The notes under the pieces are model-generated. The model did not search any database. It saw only the letters and a list, made by a program, of their open reading frames with translations, and was not told the origin of the DNA. Positions 6,626 through 15,980 of a DNA stretch of 64,000 bases are shown here, piece after piece (positions within the stretch are counted from its first letter, which is position 1; the number at the start of each line of letters is the position of its first letter). Both the position numbers and the translations under genes were made by a program. This stretch comes from Acidobacteriota bacterium. GTDB taxonomy: Bacteria; Acidobacteriota; CAIWXX01. Where the stretch lies: NCBI GenBank assembly GCA_040755995.1, contig JBFMAF010000018.1:64001-128000 (forward strand), given 5' to 3'.

Positions 6626-9544
6626 ATGAGGCCGGAGCCGCAAGTGGAAGATGGCCGCTCTGGGCGAGCCTTTGAATCAGCTCACCGATCGTTCCCACCC
6701 GGCTGCGGTGACATCGCGCGAGCGCCTACCCTTCTTCTGTCCATCGCCGCCTGCTTCGCCTCCGGCATCCTTCGCGCCGAGGACGCCCCGAGCGCTTCCT
6801 TCCGAGATTGCGAGGCGCTCGTGCAGGTCCACCCCGAGTCGCTGGATTCATACGACTGCTTCTATCTGACGGCCAAACGGACCAAGGCGTGGGCGAGGGC
6901 GCGACAGCGCCTCGATTCTCTCCTCAGACAGGACCCCTCTAACCATCGAGCACGTCGCACTCTGGCTCGCATCGCGGCGGCACGTGGAGACGAGGACGCG
7001 GAACAGTTGTACCGCGCCGCAGTCGATGGGCTCGCGGCGCAGAACGACGCCGGGGCCGAGGTGGTGGCGCGGACTGAGCTCTGTACCTTCTTGTGGAAGC
7101 GGGGTCGCTTCGAGGAAGCGCGTGGCGAGGTTGAGAAGGCGGCGGCAGTGGCCGAGCACTCGGCCGACCCAATGCTCATCGCACGCGCCTCCATCGAGCG
7201 GGGTTTCCTGGAGTGGGAGATGTCGGAGCACGGCCCGGCCTGGACCGCGTTCAGCAGTGCAGCGCGTGTCGTCTTCCCGAACGGACCCTCGGAGCTTCAG
7301 TGTTGGGTCCTGGAGGGGATGGGCGGCGTTTGCGTCGCGACGGGCCGATATCGCGAGGCATTCGAGTGCCTTCGTCACGAGGCAACCCTTCTGGAGAGGA
7401 TCGGAGATCCATTCAACGAATCTCTCGCTCGGTACAACATGGCCACGATCGCATGGGACCTGGTCGCAACGGGGGAGATGGATTCCGAGGAAGCGCGCCG
7501 GAGCACGAGGCATGCGTTGGAAGCGGCGATTCGCGTAGGGAACTGGGACGCCGAGGCGTCCGCGCGCGCTCTCCTCACTATCGATCCGGACTTGGACCCT
7601 CGACGCGCCATCGAGGAGGTCACGAAGGCGCTCGCGGGGCATCGTCGCGGGGGTCGTCTCGATTGTATCATCTGGGACCTCGACCGGCTCGCCCTGGCCC
7701 TCCTGGAAGCATTTCCAGAGGAGCCGGAGCGCGCCTACAGGTCCGTCGACGAAGCGATCGAACTGGCGCGCAGTCACGGCGCGATCAGTCTGCTGGCCGA
7801 TGCGCGTCTCACTCGCGGAACCCTCAGCCGTCACACGGCATCGCCTGCCGAGGTGATCGCTGAATACGAGGCAGCGTTCGAGGCTGTGGAAGCTCTCCGC
7901 GATCTGCAGCGCGATGACGTTGTGCGGGCTGGGTGCTTCTCCCCGTACACGCCCACCTACTATCAGCTGGCCGGATATCTCCTCTCAAAGGTCACCGGAC
8001 CCGACATCGACACGGCCTTTCGAACCGTGGAGAGAATGCGAGCCCGCGTGCTGCTCGATCATCTCGACGCTTCGAAGGCCACCCCGGTTCTCCTTCCGGA
8101 TGATCCTCTGGCAAGACGCCGCACGAAGGTGCTTGACCAGATCGCTCAAGTTCAGCGTCGCTTGCTCGAGGCCGGGCTGCCTCCGAAGTCCCGGGCAGAT
8201 GCCCTGGAAGAAGTTGATCGCCTGGAGGTGGAAGAACGGGCGCTACGCGATGAGATGGCGCGGGCCGATCCTGGCTTTCGCAATGTGCGCTGCCCGACCC
8301 TGGCCACCCTCTCCGACATCCGGCTGGCGCTTGGACCGGACGAAGCCCTGCTATCCTATCAACTGCCCAGCCGCGTTCCCGATTTGAATGAGGATGACGG
8401 AGGTTCCTGGTTGATCGCCGTCACACGCGAACAGACAAGGGCCTACCCCTTGCCAGACCGGAAAGAAACTGTCCCGGCCGTCGAGCTCTTCCTTGGAATG
8501 TTCGACCGGCGGGATGACGCCGAGGCCCGCGCGGCGGCGCGTCTGTTTCGCCTCCTGCTCGCCCCTGCCACCCGCGACCTCCCCGCCTCGAAGACGCGTC
8601 TGATCGTCATCCCCGACGGCATACTACATCAGTTGCCTTTCGATGCGTTGCGTTGTCACGGACCTCGTCACGAATTCGTGACGAATCACTATTCGATCAC
8701 CCTGGCCCCCTCCGCCTCGGTTTGGCTGCGCCTCCGAAATGCCGGCAATGCTCAAGCCACCCATCCTGCCGTCGTCCTTGCCGACCCAGCGCTGCTCCGA
8801 CCCGGCTCCGGGCCGGTATCTTCGGAACAGAAGGAGCGCCTGTGGACACTCGAGTGGCTCGGACCCATGGGCGGGCTCCCCTCGGCGCGCGCCGAAGGCA
8901 GGGCGGTCCGCAAGTGGCTCGGGAGAGACTGCCTGTTGCTTGAAGGATCGGCTGCAACAGAGCGCGCTCTCAAACGGATCGATCTGAATCGTTTTCGAAT
9001 CCTCCATTTCGCGACCCACACCATCCTCGACGATGCCCGACCCGACCGTTCCGCCATCCTGCTCGCGGCTGGGTCCGCCCGGGAGGACGGCCTCCTGCAA
9101 ACGCGAGAGATTGTCGGAATGCGGATGGCGGGCCAGTTGGTTGTACTGGCGAGCTGCCGCAGCGCCTCCGGCACACTCCTCCCGGGAGAGGGCGTGATGG
9201 GGATCGCGCGAGCCTTCCTGCAGGCGGGCGCGAGCGTGGTTGTAGGAAGCCTGTGGCCTCTGCGTGACGCCGAAGCGCGGCGGTTCTTCGGCGCTTTCTA
9301 CGAACGCATACGGAACGGCACAGACGTCGCGGCGGCGGCGGCCGGGGCGCGCCGGGACTGCGTTGATCGGCACACGCCGGCGGCGGCCTGGGCCGGTGTC
9401 GTCGTCATCGGTAACGGCCGGCTGACACCCTTCCCCGACGGTTGCCCCGACGAGTCCGCCACGTGGTGGCCTGTAGGCCCACTTCTCGCAATCGGTCTGC
9501 TCATCGCCGTTCTGGCGGCCAGTCGGGCGCGTTCCATACGGTGA
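6626..9544 (+). CDS. TPR + CHAT (caspase-like peptidase) domain protein, predicted exported and C-terminally membrane-anchored
   Basis: Helical TPR-like repeats; IVIPDGILHQLPF, ILHFATH (His), LVVLASC (Cys), GEG.MG.ARAF..AGA; hydrophobic N-terminal stretch and C-terminal TM WWPVGPLLAIGLLIAVLAA. Start uncertain. Confidence 0.88.
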   Translation: MRPEPQVEDGRSGRAFESAHRSFPPGCGDIARAPTLLLSIAACFASGILRAEDAPSASFRDCEALVQVHPESLDSYDCFYLTAKRTKAWARARQRLDSLLRQDPSNHRARRTLARIAAARGDEDAEQLYRAAVDGLAAQNDAGAEVVARTELCTFLWKRGRFEEARGEVEKAAAVAEHSADPMLIARASIERGFLEWEMSEHGPAWTAFSSAARVVFPNGPSELQCWVLEGMGGVCVATGRYREAFECLRHEATLLERIGDPFNESLARYNMATIAWDLVATGEMDSEEARRSTRHALEAAIRVGNWDAEASARALLTIDPDLDPRRAIEEVTKALAGHRRGGRLDCIIWDLDRLALALLEAFPEEPERAYRSVDEAIELARSHGAISLLADARLTRGTLSRHTASPAEVIAEYEAAFEAVEALRDLQRDDVVRAGCFSPYTPTYYQLAGYLLSKVTGPDIDTAFRTVERMRARVLLDHLDASKATPVLLPDDPLARRRTKVLDQIAQVQRRLLEAGLPPKSRADALEEVDRLEVEERALRDEMARADPGFRNVRCPTLATLSDIRLALGPDEALLSYQLPSRVPDLNEDDGGSWLIAVTREQTRAYPLPDRKETVPAVELFLGMFDRRDDAEARAAARLFRLLLAPATRDLPASKTRLIVIPDGILHQLPFDALRCHGPRHEFVTNHYSITLAPSASVWLRLRNAGNAQATHPAVVLADPALLRPGSGPVSSEQKERLWTLEWLGPMGGLPSARAEGRAVRKWLGRDCLLLEGSAATERALKRIDLNRFRILHFATHTILDDARPDRSAILLAAGSAREDGLLQTREIVGMRMAGQLVVLASCRSASGTLLPGEGVMGIARAFLQAGASVVVGSLWPLRDAEARRFFGAFYERIRNGTDVAAAAAGARRDCVDRHTPAAAWAGVVVIGNGRLTPFPDGCPDESATWWPVGPLLAIGLLIAVLAASRARSIR

Positions 9545-9768
9545 GCCTGGCCGGAGGCCTGGAGGTGGCCGAACACCTGCTGATCGGCGCGTCCGCCAAC
9601 TACTGGATAGCGGAGTGGACCGCGAGTGGCTCGGGCAGTTTCTTTCCAGATGGCGGCGAAAGTGTCCGCAAGGCCGCCCATTCTCTGAATGCCGTCCTCC
9701 GCGGTCACAGCTCCCACCGCATCTACTTCACCATGCTCAACTATTCCGGCCGGACTCGCAACGGGATC

Positions 9769-9840
9769 CTATTGCCACACGCCCTGTACGGCCATCGCAC
9801 GCGGCTGGCTGCCGGCATCCGCCTGCCGAACCACCGTCAT
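9769..9840 (-). pseudogene. N-terminal relic of a second copy of the NarL-type regulator
   Basis: MTVVRQADAGSQPRAMAV vs intact MTAVRQMEADSQAREMAV, then divergence and stop; RBS and promoter retained. Confidence 0.85.
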
Positions 9841-10088
9841 CTGTTCCCTCCTTGTTCTGTCTTCATGCGCACCCAGAGCTTAGCGTATTCGGGCGAAGGC
9901 TGCACCTACGTATTCACGTAGGCACCTCAGTCAAGCGGGTTGGCGCGGATTCCGAGACGGCATGTTGTCGGGGGACGGTCGGCAGCGTCCGCGGGACACT
10001 TCTCCGGTGCGAATGAAACTCAGTCCGGCCGTTGTTTTACCTACGCATTCGCGTGAGTGACGGCCTCCGCGTGCCGTGCGAGCATACT
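9841..10088. promoter_or_regulatory. Duplicate of the 2851-3120 divergent promoter region with both operators
   Basis: Conserved blocks CCAGAGCTTAGCGTAT, TGCACCTACGTATTCACGTAG, CCTACGCA...GCGTGAGTGAC, GCCGTGCGAGCATACT; spacers diverged. Confidence 0.85.
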
Positions 10089-10174
10089 GTGTGAAGCGGA
10101 ACGCGATGATCAACAGGGATGACGGAACGACGATTGGTGACTGTGTTCATTCCAAAATCAGAGGAGGTCAAGCA

Positions 10175-10978
10175 ATGAACAAACGTATGATCCTGGCGCT
10201 TCTGGCGGTTTCGGGCCTGCTGGCGTGCCTCTCGTTCGCCCAGGAGGCCATCCAGCTGGATGGCGCGGCACTCGGTAACTGCCAGACCGGTTGGAGATGG
10301 TGCAGCAAGTGCGACGGCTTGAGCTACATTGTGGGCGGCGTCGGTCCCTGCCCCGGCGGTGGGACGCACGCTACGGGCGCGAGCGACTCATACGTCGTCG
10401 TCTTGAATGATCCCAAGGCATCGGGCGTCCACGGGTTCCATCAGTGCAGTCGCTGCAAGGGACTCTTCCATCCTACGTCCGACAACGGTGTCTGCCCTGC
10501 TGGCGGCACTCACGACGCCACGGGGAGCGGTGACTACTGCCTCATTCCGAGCATGGATGCGGAGATAGGACAGGAGGGATGGGGATTCTGCTCCAAGTGC
10601 CAGGGCGTCTTCTACGGCGCCTATGCGCCGCACGGGATTTGCCCCGCCGGCGGCCAACACGCCCTGTACTGGGGCATAACCGGTGAGCTGATTAGCGAAT
10701 CCAAGCTCCCGATTCTCTGGGGCAAGGTGACCAAGTCCAGCTCCCAAGCCATGGCCAAGGGGAGCGTCGAGCCCGTGTCAGGTGCGAAGGTCGAGGCAAC
10801 CAAGGGCGGCACTACGATCACGACCAAGACGAAAGCCGACGGGAGCTACTGCTTCACCGGGATAGCACTCGGCAAGCACTCGATCAAGGCATCCAAGCGG
10901 AAAGTAGGCACCGCTTCGGGAACAGTCAGAATCAAGAACGGCGACACCAAGAGCGTAGATCTCTCTCTGGAGAAATAG
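10175..10978 (+). CDS. Secreted 3x Cys/His repeat protein + carboxypeptidase-regulatory-like C-terminal domain (paralog 2)
   Basis: Colinear and clearly homologous to 5472-6251; GGAGG RBS. Confidence 0.85.
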   Translation: MNKRMILALLAVSGLLACLSFAQEAIQLDGAALGNCQTGWRWCSKCDGLSYIVGGVGPCPGGGTHATGASDSYVVVLNDPKASGVHGFHQCSRCKGLFHPTSDNGVCPAGGTHDATGSGDYCLIPSMDAEIGQEGWGFCSKCQGVFYGAYAPHGICPAGGQHALYWGITGELISESKLPILWGKVTKSSSQAMAKGSVEPVSGAKVEATKGGTTITTKTKADGSYCFTGIALGKHSIKASKRKVGTASGTVRIKNGDTKSVDLSLEK

Positions 10979-11248
10979 CACCGTTCGCCCGATGAGTCGT
11001 CGCCCAGGGGACTCCGGGCAACCGGGTTCCCTGTGGCGACGCTCGGGCTCCGAGCATCTCAGCGGCAGTCGCGCAGATCTGCTGACAGCGCCAACTGGCC
11101 CGTGCTCCTGCCGCTCGCGTGTTGCGAGTACCGTGCCGCCAGGTCTCGGCTCCACGTGGCCCCCGCGTCATGCACTCAATGGAACGCGTGCATGGTATGA
11201 TGGCCCTGTTCTCGAACGGCTTCGTAGGGGCAGGTCGCGCGGCAGAGT

Positions 11249-14200
11249 ATGGAAACGGGCCTTCGTCGGTGGTACGTGAGGGGCGTTCTACCCAGGCTCT
11301 TGCCGCTCCTGATCTCAGCGGTGGCGTTTCAGAGAGCGTGGGCCGAGCGGCTGCCTTTCCGCTCCTACTCCACCGACCAAGGACTTGTGGGCAACTTCGT
11401 CGTGGACGTCCGCCAGGATTCGACCGGTTTCATATGGGTCTGCACGCGGAGCGGCCTGAGCCGATTCGATGGAACCAGCTTCGTCTCATACACGACGGCA
11501 CAGGGCCTCCCGATTCCCACTATCAACTGCATCCTGGAAAGCCGGGACGGCTTCTACTGGATCGGGACAAACGGCGCGGGCATATGCCGTCTCGATCCCG
11601 CTCGCGGTCGCGTGTCCCGCGCAGCGGCCGGCTTGCCGGCCCTGCTGCATCTTCCCGTAGACGGCCCACCTGCTTCCAACAGGGTCAACGTGATGTGGGA
11701 AGATCGATCCGGTCGCATCTGGGCCGGTACGGACGCCGGGATCTATCGTCTACGCCGCGCGGCAGACACGGTTGCCTTCGACCCGCTCGAGCTTCCTGCA
11801 GCTTTCTACCAGTCGACCTTTCATGGTGTCTACTCGTTCGCGGAGGACCCCGACGGCTCGCTCTGGGCCGCGACTGATACCATCGGGTTCCTGAGGATTC
11901 CGGAGAGCGGCGCGATCGAGCAGTTCAGCATGAAGGACGGGTTGCATGCCGATCATGTGTCGAACCTGTTCCTGGACCGGAAGGGCCGGCTGTGGGTCTG
12001 CACCACCGGCGGGCTCTGCCGGCTGGAGAAGGGCCCAGGCGGAAGACGGACCCTCGGCCGGATCACATTCGATGACCCGGACCTGCGCACGGCGATCCCG
12101 CGGGCGGGGGTCGAGGGGCCCGACGGGCGGGTATGGCTGACGGTCGATGACGGGCTTCTCGAATTCGACGGCGACCGGGTTCGCTCTCATACCCTACCGT
12201 ACGAAGTGCGCGACGCCGCACTCGGTAATCTGACGGTCGACCGAAACGGCAACCTCTGGGTGGCTACCTCGATGGCCGGCGTCCTCAAGATGACGATGAA
12301 TGGATTCGTCTCTTTCTTCGAGTCCGGCGATGACGCGCTGAGTCATGTCTACATGCTTGGGGAGGGCCCTGACGGGGCCATCTATGCCTGTGACCGCCTC
12401 TGGAACCTCGGCCGGGTCACCCAGGGAGGCGCTACAGAGACCACGCGGCTGCCTCCCGCGGACGGGACCGATTCGGGGTGGATGCGGCTGCCGGCGCTCA
12501 TGGACCACGCGGGCAGCCTCTGGGTCGGCTCGGAATCGGGGCTCCACCGGTATCCGCCCGTCCACAGTCTCGACCAGCTCTCGCGCACTAGCCCCAGGAT
12601 CTACGACACGCCCCGCGAGCTTGTCGGCCGTCGATTCTACCGAATGTGCGAGGACTCGGAGGGGGACATCTGGATTATCAACGTCGATACGCCGCGTGTC
12701 CTCTTTCGGTGGAATCGAGCTACCGACAGCCTGACGCGATTCGACGGCTCCCGCGGGTTGCCCGAGGGACAGCTGATCTTCTGCGTCGCAAGGGATCGCG
12801 GGGACAACGTGTGGCTCGGCACTTACGACGGCGGTCTCTACAGGCTGCGCGGCGGACTGTTCGACCGCTTGCCGGCGTCCGCGGGCTGGCCCGGCGGGAT
12901 GATCACGGGCCTGTATCTCGACCGGAAGCGGAGGCTCTGGATAACTAGCAACGAGCAAGGACTCTTTCTCGTGGAAGACCCGGCAGCGGAGCTTCCGACA
13001 GTCACCAGGCAATACACCGTGAAGGAGGGGCTCTCCACGGACGATGCGAGGTGCGTGGTCGAGGACGAATTCGGGCGGATCTACGTCGGGACGTCCTGCA
13101 GCGTCGACCGCCTCGATCCGGAGACCGGGCGCATCAGGCGTTTCACCGCCGCGGATGGGTTGTGCGATTCGTTTATCACGCGCGCCTATCGGGACCGGCG
13201 AGGATGGCTCTGGTTCGGCACACTACGCGGCATCGCGCGACTCATTCCAACCGAGGATCGCGAACCATCTCCTCCGCCGATCCTGATCGGCGGCCTGCGG
13301 GCCGGCGGCCTCGCGTACCATGTGTCGGAGATCGGAGAGGCCGTCGTCTCCGGCCTGCAGCTCGGCTATGACGAGGCACAGCTCCAAGTCGACTTCTCGA
13401 CCATCGACTTCGGCCTCGGAGCGAATCCAAGGTTCAGCTATTTGCTCGAAGGGGCGGATCGGGACTGGAGTCCGCCGTCGCCGAGCAACAGCGTCAACTA
13501 CGCGCGGCTGGCGCCGGGCAGCTACCGGCTCAGGATCGTGGCGATAAACACGGACGGCCTGGCGAGCGACCGGCCCGCAACAATCTCATTCGAAGTCTTG
13601 TCACCCTTCTACCGCCGATGGTGGTTCATCGCCATGACGTCGGCCATGCTGGCGGCGTTGATCTATCTCCTGTATCGCTATCGAGTCGAACGCCTGTTGC
13701 ATGTCGAACGAGTGCGGACGCGAATCGCGTCCGATCTCCACGACGACATCGGGGCCGGGCTTTCGCACGTGGCCGTTCTCAGTGAGGTCCTGTGCCGAGA
13801 GTGGGGGCGAGACGGCAACAAGGCACGCCTCCATCTTGACCAGATCGCGCGCATCTCGCGCGAAGCCGTGGACTCGATGAGCGATATCGTGTGGGCGGTC
13901 AATCCGCAGCGGGACCGCCTCCACAGCCTCACCCAGAGGATGCGGCACCTCGCCAACGACCTGCTGCCGCCGGCCGGCATCGAATTCGAGTTCGAGGCCC
14001 CGGGATCCGATCAGGATTTCGGGATGGGCGCGGACCTGCGTCGAGAGGTCTACCTGATCTGCAAGGAGAGCCTCAACAACATCGTTCGACACGCCGCGGC
14101 AAAGAACGCCCGCCTGACGCTTGGCGTCCAGGGACCATCCCTCGTGCTCGAGATCACCGACGATGGCCGGGGCTTCATCGCCGAACACGAGTCCGGCGGG

Positions 14201-14323
14201 CACGGGCTTCTCAGCATGCGCCGCCGCGCGACGCACCTCGGCGCGAAGTTGGAGGTCGAGTCGGCACCCGATCGAGGCACGATCATTCGCCTGACGGCGC
14301 CGCTGCACCGGCCCATCTGGTGA
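11249..14323 (+). CDS. Sensor histidine kinase: periplasmic beta-propeller (Reg_prop) + Y_Y_Y + TM + HisKA_3 + HATPase
   Basis: D..G.IW.GT repeats; YLLEG.D..W...YARL.PGSY; RIASDLHDDIG; ESLNNIVRHA; DDGRGF; GHGLLSM. Confidence 0.95.
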   Translation: METGLRRWYVRGVLPRLLPLLISAVAFQRAWAERLPFRSYSTDQGLVGNFVVDVRQDSTGFIWVCTRSGLSRFDGTSFVSYTTAQGLPIPTINCILESRDGFYWIGTNGAGICRLDPARGRVSRAAAGLPALLHLPVDGPPASNRVNVMWEDRSGRIWAGTDAGIYRLRRAADTVAFDPLELPAAFYQSTFHGVYSFAEDPDGSLWAATDTIGFLRIPESGAIEQFSMKDGLHADHVSNLFLDRKGRLWVCTTGGLCRLEKGPGGRRTLGRITFDDPDLRTAIPRAGVEGPDGRVWLTVDDGLLEFDGDRVRSHTLPYEVRDAALGNLTVDRNGNLWVATSMAGVLKMTMNGFVSFFESGDDALSHVYMLGEGPDGAIYACDRLWNLGRVTQGGATETTRLPPADGTDSGWMRLPALMDHAGSLWVGSESGLHRYPPVHSLDQLSRTSPRIYDTPRELVGRRFYRMCEDSEGDIWIINVDTPRVLFRWNRATDSLTRFDGSRGLPEGQLIFCVARDRGDNVWLGTYDGGLYRLRGGLFDRLPASAGWPGGMITGLYLDRKRRLWITSNEQGLFLVEDPAAELPTVTRQYTVKEGLSTDDARCVVEDEFGRIYVGTSCSVDRLDPETGRIRRFTAADGLCDSFITRAYRDRRGWLWFGTLRGIARLIPTEDREPSPPPILIGGLRAGGLAYHVSEIGEAVVSGLQLGYDEAQLQVDFSTIDFGLGANPRFSYLLEGADRDWSPPSPSNSVNYARLAPGSYRLRIVAINTDGLASDRPATISFEVLSPFYRRWWFIAMTSAMLAALIYLLYRYRVERLLHVERVRTRIASDLHDDIGAGLSHVAVLSEVLCREWGRDGNKARLHLDQIARISREAVDSMSDIVWAVNPQRDRLHSLTQRMRHLANDLLPPAGIEFEFEAPGSDQDFGMGADLRREVYLICKESLNNIVRHAAAKNARLTLGVQGPSLVLEITDDGRGFIAEHESGGHGLLSMRRRATHLGAKLEVESAPDRGTIIRLTAPLHRPIW

Positions 14324-14371
14324 CGACGGGCTCCGGGACACGGGGCAGGTTGATGCGCATCGACTCTGCGT

Positions 14372-14421
14372 TTTCGCATTCCGCATTTTCCAATTTTCCA
14401 TCTTGCCTTTTGCATTTTGCA
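14372..14421. repeat. Heptamer tandem array (TTTTGCA-like) x7 upstream of rpsT
   Basis: TTTCGCA TTCCGCA TTTTCCA (A) TTTTCCA TCTTGCC TTTTGCA TTTTGCA. Confidence 0.85.
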
Positions 14422-14438
14422 TTACCTCAGGATATGAT
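14410..14438 (+). promoter_or_regulatory. Sigma70-type promoter of rpsT
   Basis: TTGCAT-17 nt-TATGAT, followed by AAGGAG RBS. Confidence 0.7.
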
Positions 14439-14465
14439 CCCCGTTTTCGAAAGGAGTTACGGTAG

Positions 14466-14738
14466 ATGGCTCATCACAAGTCGGCTCTGAAGGCGATCCG
14501 GCACTCGGAGAGAAGCCGGGCGCGTATCAAGAGTCACAAGTCGAGTCTGAAGACGGCGACAAAGCAGTTCAGGGCACTGGTGGATGCTGACGATGTCGAC
14601 GCCGCCCGGAAGACCCTGTCCCCGACGGTTTCGCTCATCGACCACAAGGCCGCCCTCGGTATCATCCCGAAGAACCGGGCCAGCCGATACAAGAGCCGGC
14701 TGAGCCGTGCGCTGAACAAGGCAGCCGCCAAGTCCTGA
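14466..14738 (+). CDS. rpsT: 30S ribosomal protein S20
   Basis: MAHHKSALKAIR...KNRASRYKSRL. Confidence 0.97.
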   Translation: MAHHKSALKAIRHSERSRARIKSHKSSLKTATKQFRALVDADDVDAARKTLSPTVSLIDHKAALGIIPKNRASRYKSRLSRALNKAAAKS

Positions 14739-14759
14739 TCGGCAGCCGCTCCGTTTCCG

Positions 14760-15980
14760 CTACCGCTCGTTCGTTCGCACGTACGGATTCTTCAACAGCT
14801 TCGTCGCCTGCTCGTGCGAGTCGAACACGTTCTCCCGCGCGAGCACAACCTTGTACTCCGCAACAGCCTCGTCGCGCCGGTGCAGCTGGTCGAGCATCTG
14901 CGCGGAGCGCAGGTGGGCGCGCGTGACCAGGTCCTGGTTGGCTCCGGCGATCTCGATCACGGCCCTGAAGTGTCCGTTTGCCCGGGCGAAGTCACCGCCA
15001 GCAGCAAGCGCGTCGCCGTACTGGAAGTGGACCAGGTCTGCAACGTTCTTCATGGCAGCTTCGCCCAGCATCTGATCGTAGATCTTGAAGCTCTCAGCTG
15101 ACCGCCCGAGCCTGGCGAGCGCGCCGGCGCGCTCGAGCTTGAACACGTAGTTGCGTGGATATCGGGCTGACAAGGCGTCGAGCAGTTCCAGCATCTCCGC
15201 CTCGCGACGTTCGCGAGCGTAAAACGTGATCAGCACGACTCGCGCGTCATCGCTGTTGTAGCGGGCGCGCTCTGCGGCGATGTGGAGCTCCTGGAGGCCC
15301 CGTTCTTTTGACCCACGAATACCGCCGAACGAGACGAGCACTTTCACGACCCACGGCAGGCTGCCCACGACGTAGTCGTAGCTGCCGATGGTGAGATAGG
15401 CATCGGCGAATCCCGGGTCGATCTCGATGATCTTCCTGTGCAGGTTGACCGCCTTCAACCCATTGCGTAGCGCGGAGATGAACGAACGTGCCACGGTCCC
15501 CTCGTATGTCGCGATGAGGCCGTGGGCCGCCCCCTGGAAATACAGCCCGTCGACGTCCCTGGCGCTTTGTTGGACCGCCGCCGCGGCCTTCGAAACCGCC
15601 TGGGCGGTGAGACCTCGGAATTCCCGGTCCGTTCTGGGATCTACCTTCTCCTTGGTCTCCGCGAAAAACGAGTCGCCGGCATAGAGGTTGGTCTGGAGGC
15701 GCCGGCTCGAATTCAGGATGCTTACCCAGAGATTGGCTGCGAGGTAGAAGTAGCCGGCGGGATGCTCGGGCCAGCGCGACTTCAACTCTTCGAACTTCAA
15801 TCGCGCGGCGGCGTAGTCCATGTTGTAAAGGGCGTCGAAGCCCTCGGCTCGAATCCGGTAGTACTCCGCCGTCTGCATGACCGCCAGGGACGGCTCGGCG
15901 CCTGCGAGCCCGGTGGCGCAGGCCAGCACGGCCGCCCAGACCGCGAGAAGCAGCGTCCCAGCCCTCGCCGCGGCCCTCAT
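14760..15980 (-). CDS. Exported tetratricopeptide repeat protein
   Basis: Signal peptide, TPR-like helices (IDPGFADAYLTIG); start overlaps holA stop. Confidence 0.8.
   Translation of the reverse strand: MRAAARAGTLLLAVWAAVLACATGLAGAEPSLAVMQTAEYYRIRAEGFDALYNMDYAAARLKFEELKSRWPEHPAGYFYLAANLWVSILNSSRRLQTNLYAGDSFFAETKEKVDPRTDREFRGLTAQAVSKAAAAVQQSARDVDGLYFQGAAHGLIATYEGTVARSFISALRNGLKAVNLHRKIIEIDPGFADAYLTIGSYDYVVGSLPWVVKVLVSFGGIRGSKERGLQELHIAAERARYNSDDARVVLITFYARERREAEMLELLDALSARYPRNYVFKLERAGALARLGRSAESFKIYDQMLGEAAMKNVADLVHFQYGDALAAGGDFARANGHFRAVIEIAGANQDLVTRAHLRSAQMLDQLHRRDEAVAEYKVVLARENVFDSHEQATKLLKNPYVRTNER

Noticed and set aside
9545..9765. Coding-like stretch (EHLLIGASANYWIAEW...IYFTMLNY)
   Set aside because: Possibly another gene relic, but no start or recognisable family could be supported
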